Of a stretch of DNA of 64,000 nucleotides, positions 38,914-55,300 are shown one piece after another (positions within the stretch are counted from its first letter, which is position 1; every line of letters begins with the position of its first letter). Under the pieces are notes generated by a model, which was not told where the DNA came from, ran no database searches, and saw nothing but the letters and a program-made list of their open reading frames with translations. Location of the stretch: assembly GCA_964016885.1 (NCBI GenBank), contig OZ024744.1, forward strand, positions 97,092,001-97,156,000. The letters run 5' to 3'. Source of the DNA: Eledone cirrhosa. Lineage: Eukaryota. The position numbers and the translations under genes are program-made.

Positions 38914-39216
38914 ATTGAAAGATTACTAAAGACTGGACATCGATTGATATTAGTTAGATGTAGCAAGGGCTCTGTGTATGGCGAGGACAGAAGTAGACTT
39001 TTTAAATAACTATATATATATATAAATATATATTAGATATTATAATTCGGTTCTTCCTAGTTAGACGTTCAAACGATGTAATAGTATAGGGTTTGTTTTC
39101 TCATAGTTCTGACTTATAATGATGTAGTGAGAGACAGTAGATTGTAAACAAATATATAAAGAAAAACACACACATTATATATATATATACACACACACAC
39201 ATATATATATACACAC

Positions 39217-39307
<91 letters not shown>

Positions 39308-39471
39308 ACGTCAAGACGGGCACACATATATTTATATTAAGAAATCCATACAATTGCGTGTGCATCGTAACTTACACTATTGAGACCTGTTGTAAAAAAA
39401 AAAAAAAAAAAAAAAATTTACAGTGTCAAAAATTACTTTCACTTTCCAGACCGCCCGTCTTGACGTATGCC
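38697..39471. mobile_element. Mutator-like/fold-back non-autonomous DNA element with 9-bp TSD
   Basis: TSD AAGAACAAA at 38688-38696 and 39472-39480; ~165-bp TIRs at 38697-38857 and 39303-39471. Confidence 0.85.
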
Positions 39472-40287
39472 AAGAACAAAATAGCTATAGATACATGTCA
39501 CCCAAAGGGTGTATCTGCAAAGCAGCATAAAGAAGTGTAACTTGATTTACACAACAAATATAGCTAACATAGAAAAACTTAAAACAATTCCCTAACATTA
39601 CACACAAACGAAATAAACCTCAGCAGTGAGACATCAAACAGAAGAAGATGCCTTTATATGACCGTACCGCCTGCGTTGGAAATCTTCCCCTAATTCAACA
39701 GTAACGTATTAACAACAAAAGACATAGTTGATAATGTGATCCCGGGTTCTCTATACCTAATAGAAATATCTAGGGTTCTTTTTAAGGGCTGATAATACTT
39801 TACCGACGCCACTCGAGTAAGGTAATTATTTAACCCATAAATGGATCCCTTACATGTACTACTACTCTAGGCCAAAGCAGACCTGGGAGTGATAACAACT
39901 AAGGGGTAACTCCACATCCCCCCACAGCTCCTGAACTCCCGAATTAGAGCCTTGCCATTAGATGCAGTTTAATGTCATACCCAGAACATTAAAGAAAAAT
40001 ACAGTCATAATTGTTTCTACTTTTTGGCACAAGGCCAGCAATTGTCCCAGTGTATTACTGGTACTTTATTTTATCGACCCCGTAAGGATGAAAGGCAAAG
40101 TTAACCTCGGCGGGATTTGAACTCAGTCCGTAAAGGGACGTAACTGTGCTGGAAAGCATGGCGTCCGACCCTCTACCGATACTGCCAATCCACCGAGTCA
40201 TAATGGTTGGTATTTAATCAATGATCTGTTCACTCAGAGAGGTGGAGAACTTTTAATTGTTACTCAGAGGATAAAGGCTCACACATA

Positions 40288-40350
<63 letters not shown>

Positions 40351-40355
<5 letters not shown>

Positions 40356-40384
40356 TGTTTCTATGCTTGTATCTCCCCCCCCCC

Positions 40385-40417
<33 letters not shown>

Positions 40418-40460
40418 GAGAGAGAGGGGGGGGGGGAGATACAAGCATAGAAACATGCAT
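40351..40460. repeat. Palindrome centred on (TA)n
   Basis: ATGCATGTTTCTATGCTTGTATCTC... / ...GAGATACAAGCATAGAAACATGCAT. Confidence 0.85.
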
Positions 40461-40691
40461 ACATACAGGGTGTCCAACTTATACTGAGTTTGGTTCAATA
40501 AGATAGTTAATAAAATTAACAGATTCAGAGCCTAATAATATCAAATATGGAAAAAGCAAACAAGTTAATAAAAAAATGTTTACCTACTCACTTTAATGTC
40601 GCTACTGTAGTTTCATTAGGAAAATAACGGTACTCTGAATGGAATATCGTGAGAAACCCTAAATCACCAGGAGAGCTTCTCTGTCTAGAAA

Positions 40692-40722
<31 letters not shown>

Positions 40723-40744
40723 CAAGTATTTACCCATGTTTTAT

Positions 40745-40822
40745 ATTGCCTCGTCTGACGAACGAATGAAGACGTTTCTTTCGTATTCGCCTCATTCGGG
40801 AAACCTCTGGTAATGAGGTAAT
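40745..40822 (+). ncRNA. Type I hammerhead ribozyme with long stem II
   Basis: ATTGCCTCGT-CTGACGA-A-CGAATGA(...)TCATTCG-G-GAA-ACC(TCT)GGT-A-ATGAGGTAAT; GUA site, predicted cut after 40812. Confidence 0.8.
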
Positions 40823-40922
40823 TATATTGTATTGATTTTTATACATTAAATTTTGCTCTGGTACTTACATAGAGCACTCTTCACTTTTATGACCTTTTCT
40901 GTTTTCAACGGAAATTTCAATA

Positions 40923-40975
<53 letters not shown>

Positions 40976-41509
40976 CACCAGGATTGAAATAATTGTTTCT
41001 ACTTTTGGCACAAGGCCAGCAATTACCCCCAGTGCATTACTGGTACTTTATTTTATCGACCCCCACCCCCCCGTAAGTATGAAAGACAAAGTTGACCCCG
41101 GCGGGATTTGAACTCAGAATGGAAAGGGCCGTAACTCTTCTATGCGTCAAAGCATGACGTCCGACCCTTTACCGATACTGCCAATCCACACCAGAATTGA
41201 AATAATTGTTTCTACGTTAGGCACAAGGCCAGCAATTACTCCCCAGTGCATTACTGGTACTTTATTTTATCGACCCCCCGTAAGGATGAAAGGCAAAGAA
41301 AACCTCGGCATGTCTCTACATATACGGTGAAATGGTGGAGTCGTTAGAATACTGGATAGAACTTTTCACAGTATTCCTTTCGGTTCTCTGCGCTCTCTGA
41401 GTTTCAAACGAGGCTGAGGTTAACTTTACCATCCGTCCTTTCTAGATTGATAAAAAGGAGTACCAGCCATATACTGGGGTCGTTTCTTCCACTATATCTC
41501 TTTCTGACT

Positions 41510-41513
41510 TCCC

Positions 41514-41548
<35 letters not shown>

Positions 41549-41862
41549 TCTCTCTCTCTCACACACACACACACACTCTCTCTCTCTCACACACACACAT
41601 ACACACTCTCACTCACACAGACACTGTCTCACACACACACACACACATTCTCTCTCAAACACAATCTCTCTCTCTCTCTCTCACACTCTCTCTCCCCCCT
41701 CTCTCATACACACACACACACACACACACTCTCTCTCTCTCTCACACACACATACACACTCTCACACACACACACACACTGTCTCACACACACACACATT
41801 CTCTCTCAAACACAATCTCTCTCTCTCACACTCTCCCCCCTCTCTCATACACACACACACAA

Positions 41863-41893
<31 letters not shown>

Positions 41894-42043
41894 TACACAC
41901 TCTCACTCACACACACACTGTCTCACACACACACGCATTCTCTCTCAAACACAATCTCTCTCTCTCTCTTTCTCTCTCTCTCACACTCCCTCCTCTCTCA
42001 TACACACACACACACACACACACACAATCTCTCTCTGTCTCTC

Positions 42044-42093
<50 letters not shown>

Positions 42094-42160
42094 TCTCTCT
42101 ATTTCACACATACACTGTCTCTCTTTCTCTCTCTCCCTCCCCTCCTTCTTTCTCTCTCTT
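41510..42160. repeat. Compound (CT)n/(CA)n microsatellite with local higher-order repeats
   Basis: Read directly from the sequence. Confidence 0.9.
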
Positions 42161-42315
42161 TCTGTCATTCTCTGGGAGAAATCAGATGAGTTTAGACGTG
42201 GAGAAGGGATGGTGATGATTTTGGGGCAGGTTTTAAATTTTACATCGGTGCCCCTACGGCTTCTCTTGGGGGGGGTTTACGGGTACACACTGTTCGATCG
42301 GGGCAACCTAGGACT

Positions 42316-42704
42316 AAACAACAACAACAACAATCACAACAACAACAACAACAACAATAACAACAACAACAAAGAACGAAGATCTAAAAAATAAATCATT
42401 GAAAAACTCATTAAACTCGCAATCAATTGTATCTAACATAAACCACAAAAGAGTGGCACAACACTCTATAGAGTAATTATCATCCTCATTATCATCAACA
42501 TCTATAGAAACAACAACAACAACAACGACAACGACAACGACAACAACAACAACATTAACAACAACAACATTAACAACAACACCATCAACAACAACAACAA
42601 TAACAACAACAACAACACCAACAACAACAACCACAACAACAACAACACCAGCAACAACAATAGTAGTAGTAGTAGCAGTAGTAGTAGTAGTAGCAGTAGT
42701 AGTA

Positions 42705-42750
<46 letters not shown>

Positions 42751-42760
42751 CAGGAGCAGC

Positions 42761-42838
<78 letters not shown>
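42316..42838. repeat. (AAC)n and (AGT)n trinucleotide tracts
   Basis: Read directly from the sequence. Confidence 0.9.
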
Positions 42839-43382
42839 CACACCCCAGATCTCATGTCCGTCATAACAACCTGAAATAATGGTTTCTTATATAGAAAACA
42901 AGGCCAGCAATTTTTTTTTTGGGGGGGGTGAGTGGAAAGTCGATTAAATCAACCCCAGTACATTACTGGCACTTTATGTTATCGACCCCCCCCCCCGTAA
43001 CGATGAAAGGCAAAGTTTACCTCGGCGGGATTGGAACACAGATCATAAAGAGGGACGTAACTCTACCGATACTGAGAATCCACCGCCCTTATAACAACCT
43101 AAAATAATACAATGACACTGAAACACCAACCAAACAATCTTGTCAGACGTTTCTCAAAAATCTGCCACCAAAAGCAACACATTGAACACGGAAATATTAA
43201 ATGAAAAACACGCATCTTTCACCTATAACGTAATTTTGACACCTTCCTTCCTACCGAGACCCAAAAGGTAATATGGAAAATGGAAAAGCTCATAAAGAAT
43301 CAGGTCCAAATAAAATCACAAACCGGCACGCAAAACACCTAAGGGGTGTAAAAACAGAATTAGTAACCTCACCAATATCTAC

Positions 43383-46300
43383 ACAACCACCACCACTAGC
43401 ACAAACACCACCACAATCACCAGCACTACCAACACTAGCACCTCTAACGCCACCACCAACACCACACTTACACCACCAACAAGAACAACACAACCACCAC
43501 CACTAACACCACCACCACCACCAACACCACACTAACACCATCAACAAGATCAACACAACCACCACCACCACCACCAGCACTACCAACACTAGCACCACTA
43601 CCACCACCACCAACACCACCACTATCACCACCAACAAGAACAGCACCACCACCACCACTAGCACAAACACCACCACCAGCAGCACTAGCAACACTAGCAC
43701 CACTAACACCACCACCACCTGCACACTAACACCACCAACAAGAACAACACAACCACCACCACTAACACAAACACCACCACCACCACCACCACAACACTAG
43801 CACCACTACCAACACCAGCAACACCACCACTAACACCACCAACAAGAACAACAAAATCACCACCACTATCACAAACACCACCACCACCACCAGCACTACC
43901 AACACTAGCACCACTAACACCACCACCAACACCACACTAACACCACCAACAAGAACACCACCACCACCACCACCACTACCAACACTAGCACCACTAACAC
44001 CACCACCAACACCACCAGCACTACCAACACCACCACCAACACCACACTAACACCACCAACAAGAACACCACCACCACCAGCAGCACTACCAACACTAGCA
44101 CTACCAACACCACCACCACACTAACACCACCAACAAGAACAACACAACCACCACCACTAGCACCACCACCACCACCAGCAGCACTACCAACACTAGCACC
44201 ACTAACAACACCACCAACACCACACTAACACCACCAACAAGAACAACACAACCACCACCACTCGCACAAACACCACCACCACCACCACCAGCACTACCAA
44301 CACTAGCACCACTAACACCACCACCAACACCACACTAACACCACCAACAAGAACAACACAACCACCACCACTAGCACCACCACCACCACCACCACCAGCA
44401 CTACCAACACTAGCACCACTAACACCACCACCAACACCACACTAACACCACCAACAAGAACAACACAACCACCACCACTAGCACAAACACCACCACCACC
44501 ACCACCAGCACTACCAACACTAGCACCACTAACACCACCACCAACACCACACTAACGCCACCAACAAGAACAACACAACCACCACCACTAGCACAAACGC
44601 CACCACCACCACCACCAGCACTACCAACACTAGCACCACTAACACCACCACTAACACCACCAACAAGAACAACACAACCACCACCACTAGCACCACCACC
44701 ACCACCACCACCAGCACTACCAACACTAGCACCACTAACACCACCACCAACACCACACTAACACCACCAACAAGAACAACACAACCACCACCACTAGCAC
44801 AAACACCACCACCACCACCACCACCAGCACTACCAACACTAGCACCACTAACACCACCACCAACACCACACTAACACCACCAACAAGAACAACACAACCA
44901 CCACCACTAGCACAAACACCACCACCACCACCACCAGCACTACCAACACTAGCACCACTAACACCACCACCAACACCACACTAACGCCACCAACAAGAAC
45001 AACACAACCACCACCACTAGCACCACCACCACCACCACCACCAGCACTACCAACACTAGCACCACTAACACCACCACCAACACCACACTAACACCACCAA
45101 CAAGAACAACACAACCACCACCACTAGCACCACCACCACCACCACCAGCACTACCAACACTAGCACCACTAACACCACCACCACACTAACACCACCAACA
45201 AGAACAACACAACCACCACCACTAGCACCACCACCACCACCAGCAGCACTACCAACACTAGCACCACCACCACCACCACCAACACCACACTAACACCACC
45301 AACAAGAACAACACAACCACCACCATTAGCACAAACAGCACCACCACCACCAGCACTACCAACACTAGCACCACTAACACCACCACAACCACTAACACCA
45401 CCAACAACAACACAACCACAACCACCACCACTTACACCACCAACAACAACACAACCACCACCACCACCACCACCACCAGCACTACCAACACTACCACCAC
45501 AGCCACCACCACCAACACGAACACCACCAACAACAACACAACCAACGACACCACCACCACCAGCACTACCAACACTAACATCACTAACACCAACACCACC
45601 AATAACACCACCAACACAACCACCAACACTAACACCATCACCAACTACAACACTAACACCACAGCCACCACCACCACTAACACCACCAACAACAGCAAGA
45701 CCACAACCACCAACACTACCAACACTAACACCACAGCCACAATAACCAACACTAACACCACCACTAACACCACAGCCACCACCACCACCACTAACACCAC
45801 CAACAACACCACAACCACCACCACCACCACCACCACTACCAACACTAACACCACAGCCACCACCACCACCACTAACACCACCAACAACAACACAACCACC
45901 ACCACCAACACTACCAACACTAACACCACAGCCACCACCACCACCACTAACACCACCAACAACAGCACAACCACAACAACCAACACTAGCAACACTAACA
46001 CCACAGCCACCACCACCACTACTAACACCACCAACAACAACACAACCACCACCACCAACACTACCAACACTAACACCACAGCCACCACCACCACCACTAA
46101 CACCACCAACAACAGCACAACCACAACAACCAACACTAGCAACACTAACACCACAGCCACCACCACCACCACTAACACCACCAACAACACCACAGCCACC
46201 ACCACCAACACTACCAACACTAACACCACAGCCACCACCACCACCACTAACACCACCAACAACAGCACAACCACAACAACCAACACTAGCAACACTAACA

Positions 46301-49300
46301 CCACAGCCACCACCACCACCACTAACACCACCAACAACACCACAGCCACCACCACCAACACTACCAACACTAACACCACAGCCACCACCACCACCACTAC
46401 CAACACTAACACCACAGCCACCACCACAACCACCACTAACACCACCAACAACACCACAACCACCACCACCAACACTACCAACACTAACACCACAGCCACC
46501 ACCACCACCACCACTAACACCACCAACAACACCACAACCACCACCACCAACACTACCAACACTAACACCACAGCCACCACCACCACCACTAACACCACCA
46601 ACAACACCACCACCACCACCACCAACACTACCAACACTAACACCACCACCACCACCACCACCATCACTAACACCACCAACAACACCACCACCACCACCAC
46701 CAACACTACCAACACTAACACCACCACCACCACTAACACCACCACTAACACCACCAACAACAGCACAACCACCACAACCAACACTACCAACACTAACACC
46801 ACAGCCACCACCACCACCACTAACACCACCAACAACACCACAACCACCACCACCACCAACACTACCAACACTAACATCACAGCCACCACCACCACCACTA
46901 ACACCACCAACAACAACACAACCACCACCACCAACACCAACACTAACACCACAGCCACCACCACCACCACTAACACCACCAACAACAACACAACCACCAC
47001 CACCACCACCACCACCAGCACTACCAACACTACTACCACAGCCACCACCACCAACACGAAAACCACCAACAACAACACAACCAACGACACCACCACCACC
47101 AGCACTACCAACACTAACATCACTAACACCAACACCACCAATAACACCACCAACACAACCACCAACACTAACACCATCACCAACTACAACACTAACACCA
47201 CAGCCACCACCACCACTAACACCACCAACAACAGCAAGACCACAACCACCAACACTACCAACACTAACACCACAGCCACAATAACCAACACTAACACCAC
47301 CACCAACACTACCAACACTAACACCACAGCCACCACCACCACCACTAACACCACCAACAACACCACAACCACCACCACCACCACCACTACCAACACTAAC
47401 ACCACAGCCACCACCACCACCACTAAGACCACCAACAACAACACAACCACCACCACCAACACTACCAACACTAACACCACAGCCACCACCACCACCACTA
47501 ACACCACCAACAACACCACAACCACAACAACCAACACTACCAACACTAACACCACAGCCACCACCACCACCACTAACACCACCAACAACACCACAACCAC
47601 CACCACCAACACTACCAACACTAACACTACAGCCACCACCACCACCACTAACACCACCAACAACACCACAACCACCACAACCAACACTACCAACACTAAC
47701 ACCACAGCCACCACCACCACCACCACTAACACCACCAACAACACCACAGCCACCACCACCAACACTACCAACACTAACACCACAGCCACCACCACCACCA
47801 CCACTAACACCACCAACAACACCACAGCCACCACCACCAACACTACCAACACTAACACCACAGCCACCACCACCACCACCACTAACACCACCAACAACAC
47901 CACAGCCACCACCACCAACACTAACAACACTAACACCACAGCCACCACCACCACCACCACTAACACCACCAACAACACCACAACCACCACCACCAACACT
48001 ACCAACACTAACACCACAGCCACCACCACCACCACTAACACCACCAACAACACCACAACCACCACCACCACCACTACCAACACTAACACCACAGCCACCA
48101 CCACCACCACTAACACCACCAACAACACCACAGCCACCACCACCACCACCAACACTACCAACACTAACACCACAGCCACCACCAACACTAACACCACTAA
48201 CACCACAGCCACCACCACCACCACTAACACCACCAACAACACCACAACCACCACCACCAACACTACCAACACTAACACCACAGCCACCACCACCACCACC
48301 ACTAACACCACCAACAACAGCACAACCACCACGACCAACACTACCAACACTAACACCACAGCCACCACCACCACCACTAACACCACCAACAACACCACAG
48401 CCACCACCACCACCACTAACACCACAGCCACCACCACCACCACTAACACCACCAACAACACCACAGCCACCACCACCACCACCAACACTACCAACACTAA
48501 CACCACAGCCACCACCAACACTAACACCACTAACACCACAGCCACCACCACCACCACTAACACCACCAACAACACCACAACCACCACCACCAACACTACC
48601 AACACTAACACCACAGCCACCACCACCACCACCACTAACACCACCAACAACACCACAACCAAAACCACCAACACTACCAACACTAACACCACAGCCACTA
48701 CCACCACCACTAACACCACCAACAACACAACCACCACCACCACCAACACTACCAACACTAACACCACAGCCACCACCACCACCACTAACACCACCAACAA
48801 CACCACAACCACCACAACCAACACTACCAACACTAACACCACAGCCACCACCACAACCACCACCACCAACACTACCAACACTAACACCACAGCCACCACC
48901 ACCACCACTAACACCACCAACAACACCACAACCACCACAACCAACACTACCAACACTAACACCACAGCCACCACCACCACCACTAACACCACCAACAACA
49001 CCACAGCCACCACCCCCAACACTACCAACACTAACACCACAGCCACCACCACCACCACTAACACCACCAACAACAGCACAACCACAACAACCAACACTAG
49101 CAACACTAACACCACAGCACCACCACCACCACTAACACCACCAACAACACCACAACCACCACCACCACCACTACCAACACTAACACCACAGCACCACCAC
49201 CACCACTAACACCACCAACAACAGCACAACCACCACCACCAACACTACCAACACTAACACCACAGCCACCACCACCACCACTAACACCACCAACAACAGC

Positions 49301-52300
49301 ACAGCCACAACCACCAACAACACCACAACCACCACCACCAACACTACCAACACTAACACCACAGCCACCACCACCACTAACACCACCAACAACACCACAA
49401 CCACCACCACCACCAACACTACCAACACTAACACCACAGCACCACCACCACCACTAACACCACCAACAACAGCACAACCACCACAACCAACACTACCAAC
49501 ACTAACACCACAGCCACCACCACCACCACTAACACCACCAACAACACCACAACCACCACCACCAACACTACCAACACTAACACCACAGCCACCACCACCA
49601 CCACCACTAACACCACCAACAACACCACAACCACCACCACCAACACTACCAACACTAACATCACAGCCACCACCACCACCACTAACACCACCAACAACAG
49701 CACAACCACCACCACCAACACCAACACTAACACCACAGCCACCACCACCACCACCACCACTAACACCACCAACCACAGCACAACCACCACCACCAACACT
49801 ACCAACACTAACATCACAGCCACCACCACCACCACCACCACTAACACCACCAACAACACCACAACCACCACCACCAACACTACCAACACTAACACCACAG
49901 CCACCACCACCACCACCACCACTAACACCACCAACCACAGCACAACCACCACCACCAACACTACCAACACTAACACCACAGCCACCACCACCACCAAACC
50001 ATTACTAACACCAACACGTCTAACACCATACCAACACTAACACCATACCACCAGTAAAATCACACAATTACCACTAACACCACACCACCACTAACACCAC
50101 TACACTACTAACACCACACCAACACTAACACCATACCAACACTAACTCCATACAACCACTAACACCACACCACCACTAACACCACAACACTACTAACACC
50201 ACACCAACACTAACACCATACCAACACTAACTCCATACAACCACTAACACCATACCACCACTAACACCATACCACCACTAACACCAACACGTCTAAAACC
50301 ATACCAACACTCACACCACACCACCACTAACACCATACCACCACTAACACCATACCACCATTAACACCACACCATTAGCAATAACACCACCCCACCACTA
50401 ACACCACACCACTATTAACACAACACCACCACTAACACCACACCACCACTAACACCATACCACCACTAACACCGCACCACCACTAACACCACACCACCAC
50501 TAACAACACACCACCACTAACACCATACCACTACTAACACCATACCACCACTAACACCATACCACCACTAACACCATACCACCACTAACACCATACCACC
50601 TCTAACACCACCACCACTAACACCATACCACAACTAACACCATACCACAACTAACACCATACCACAACTAACACCATACCACAACTAACACCATACCACC
50701 ACTAACACCACACCAACACTAACACCACAGCACCACTAACACTACACCACCACTAACACCACAACACCATACCACCACTAGCACCATACAACGACTAACA
50801 CCATACCACCTAAACAGCACACGACTACTAACAATACACCACCACTAACACCACACCAACACTAACACCATACCAGCACTAACACCAAACTACCACTAAC
50901 AGCATACCGCCATTAACAACACACCAATAACACCATACCACCACTAACACCACACCACCACTAACACCATACCTCCTAAACACCACACGACTACTAACAG
51001 CATACCACCACTAACATCACACCACCAACAACCTCACACCACCACTAACATCACACCACCAACAACCTCACACCACCACTAACATCACACCACCACCAAC
51101 CTCATACTACCACTAACACCACACCACTACTAACACCATACCACTACTAACACCATACCACCACTAAGACCACACCATTACGAACACCTCCACCACTAAC
51201 ACCATACCATCAATAACACCATACCACCATTGACACAATATCACCAATAACAACATACTAGTGCTAACACCACAACACCACTAACACCACACAATCAATA
51301 ACACCATTCTCCCACTAACACCAAACCAACACTAACACCACACCACCACTAACAGCAACCACTACTAACACCAACCACTACTAACACCATACCAACACTA
51401 ACACCACACCACCACTAACACCAACCACTACTAACACCATACAACCACTAACACCACACCAACACTAACACCACAGCAAAACTAACACCATACCACCACT
51501 AGCACAATATCACGACTAACACCATCCCACCTAAACACCACACGACTACTAATACTACACGACCACTAACACACACACCTCCACTAACACCAGACCACCA
51601 CTAACACCACAACACTACTAACACCACACCAACACTAACACCATACCACCCCTAACACCATACCAACACAAACACAACTCCACCACTAAGACCACACAAC
51701 CACTAATACTACCTCACCACTAACACCACACCACCACTAACACCATACTACTACTAACACCACCACCACTAACACCATGCCAACACTAACACCATACCAA
51801 CACTAACACCATACCACCATTGACACCATATTACCATTAACACCATACCAACGCTAACACCACACTACAACTAACACCACACCACCACTAACACCATACC
51901 ACCACTAACACCATACCAACACTAACACCATACCACCATTAACACCACACCACCACTAACATGACACCACCACTAAAACCATGCCACCACTAACACCACA
52001 CCCACACTAACACCATACCACCATTAACACCATACCACCACTAACAATACACCACTACTAACACCACCCCACTACTAACACCACACCACTACTAACACCA
52101 CACCACCACTAACACCATACCACCAGTAACACCACACCATTACCACTAACACCATACCAACACTAACACAACCCCACCACTAACACCACACAACCACTAT
52201 TACCACCTCACCACTAACATCACACCACCACTAACACCATACTACTACTAACACCACCACCACTAACACCATGCCAACAATAACACCATACCGACACTAA

Positions 52301-55300
52301 CACCATACCACCATTGACACCATATCACCATTAACACCATACCACCGCTAACAATACACTACCACTAACACCACACCACCACTAACACCATACCACCACT
52401 AACACCATACCACCACTAACACCATACCAACACTAACACCACACAACCACTAACAGCATACCGCCACTAACACCATACCATTACTAACAACATACCACCA
52501 CTAACACCACCACCACTAACAACACGCAACCACTAACACCATACCACCATTGACACCATATCACCATTAACACCACACCACCACTAACACCACACCACCA
52601 CTAACACCACACCACCACTAACACCAGACCACCAATAACACCATTCCACCACTAACACCTTACCAACACTAACACCTTACCTCCACTAATACCATACAAC
52701 CACTAATACCATACCCCAACTAACACCATACCACTACTAACGCTATACCACCACTGACACCACACCACCTCTAACACAACACCACAACTCACACCACAGC
52801 ACCACTAACACCATACCACTACTAACAACAAAGCACCACTAACACCACCCCCACTAACACCACTCCACCACTAACACCATACCGCCATTCACACCATATC
52901 ACCATTAATACCATACCACCGCTAACACCACACTACCACTAACACCACACCACCACTAACACCATACCACTACCAACACTACACCTCCACCAACACCACA
53001 CCACCACAAACACCATACCACCACTGACACCACACCACCACTAACACCACACCACCATTAACACGCCACTACCACTAACATCACGCCACAACCAACCTCA
53101 CACTACTACTAAGACCATACCACTACTAACACCATACCACCTCTAACACCTACCACCACTAACACCATACCACTACTAACACCATACCACCACTAACACC
53201 ACCACCACTAACACCATACCACCACTGACTACATATCACCATTAACACCATACCAGTGCTAACACCACACCACCACTAACACCACACCATCAATAACACC
53301 ATTCCACCACTAACACCATACCACCACTAACACCACAGCAACACTAACAACATACCACCACTAAGACCATACCGCCACTAACACCATACCACCACTAACA
53401 GCATACTAATACTAACACCACACCACCAATAACACCACACCACCACTAACACCATACCATCAGTAACACCACACTACAACTAACACGACACCACTAACAC
53501 CATCCCACTATTAACACGGCACCACTAACACCATACCACTACTAACACCACCACCACTAACATCACACCACCACTAACACCACACCACCACTAACACCAT
53601 ACCACTACTAACACCACATCACCACTAACACCACAGCAATACTAAAACCATACCACCACTAACACCATACCCTCATACCAACACTAACAGCATACTACCA
53701 CAAATACCACACCACTGCTAACACTACACCACCACTAACACCACACCACCACTAACACCATACCACCACTAACATCACACACCATTAACACCCCACCACC
53801 ACTAACACAACACCACTACTAACACCACAACACTACTAACACCACACCAACACTAACACCATACCACCACTAATACCATACCACCGCTAACTCCATAACA
53901 CCACTAACACCACACCACTAATAACACCACCACATCTAACACCACGCCACCAGTAACACATTACCTCCACTAATACCATACCACCACTAACACCATACCA
54001 CTTCTAACACCATACCACCAGTAACACTACACCATTACCACTAACACCACACCACCACTGACACTACACCACTACTAACACCACATCACCACTAAGACCA
54101 TACCATCACTAACACCATACCACCACTAACAACATACCATCACTAACAGCACACCACCACTAACACCATACCACTACGAACACCACAACCTCTAACACCA
54201 CGCCTCCACTAACACCATACCAACAATAAAAACATACCACAACTAAGACCATACCACCACTAACACCACACCGTTACTAACAGCACACCAACAGTAACAC
54301 CACACCACTACTAACACCATACCAACCCTTATACCATACCAGCACTAACATCATACCAATACTTACACCACAACTAACACCACACCACCACTAACACCAT
54401 ACCACCACTAACACCACACCACTAACACCATAACACTCCTAAGACCACTACCACTAATACCACACCACAACTAACACCACAACACCACTAACACCACACC
54501 ATCAATAACACCATTCCACCACTAACACCATACCAACACTAACACCACACCACCACTAACACCACAGCAACACTAACACTATACCACCACTAGCACCATA
54601 CAATGACTAACACCATACGACCTACACACCACACAACTACTAACACTACACCACCACTAACATCACACTACCACTAACACCATACCACCACTAACACAAC
54701 ACCACGTCTAACACCACAGCATCACTAACACTACACCACCACTAACACCACACCACCACTAACACCAACCACTACTAACACCACACCACCACTAACACCA
54801 TACCAGCACTAACACCATACCAACACTAACACCACACCACCACTAACACCTTACCACGAACTAACAACACACCACCACAAACACCACACCCCTACTAACA
54901 CCATACCACCAGTAACGCCACACCATCACCACTGACACCACACAACCACTAACACCACAACACTACTAACACCACACCAACAATAACACCACACCACAAC
55001 TAACTCCACACCACCACTAACACCAAATCAACATTAACACCATACCACCACTAACACCATACCACCTAAACACCAAACCACTACTAACACCATAGCCGCC
55101 ATTAACACCACACCACCACTAACACCACACCACCATTAAAACGACACCACCACTAACATCACACCACCAGCAACCTCACACCACCACTAACACCATACCA
55201 CTTCCAACACCATACCACCACTAACACCAGACCACCACTAACAACACACCACCACTAATACCATACCACCACTAAAACCACACCACCACTAACACCACAC

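Noticed and set aside
43273-43506. ATG-initiated 77-aa ORF entering the satellite as the start of a mucin gene
   Set aside because: No signal peptide, an early stop, and the following units break frame repeatedly.
45432-49997. Long Val/Leu-rich minus-strand ORFs as membrane proteins
   Set aside because: They are by-products of the (GGT)n-based satellite and start at GTG/TTG codons within the repeat.
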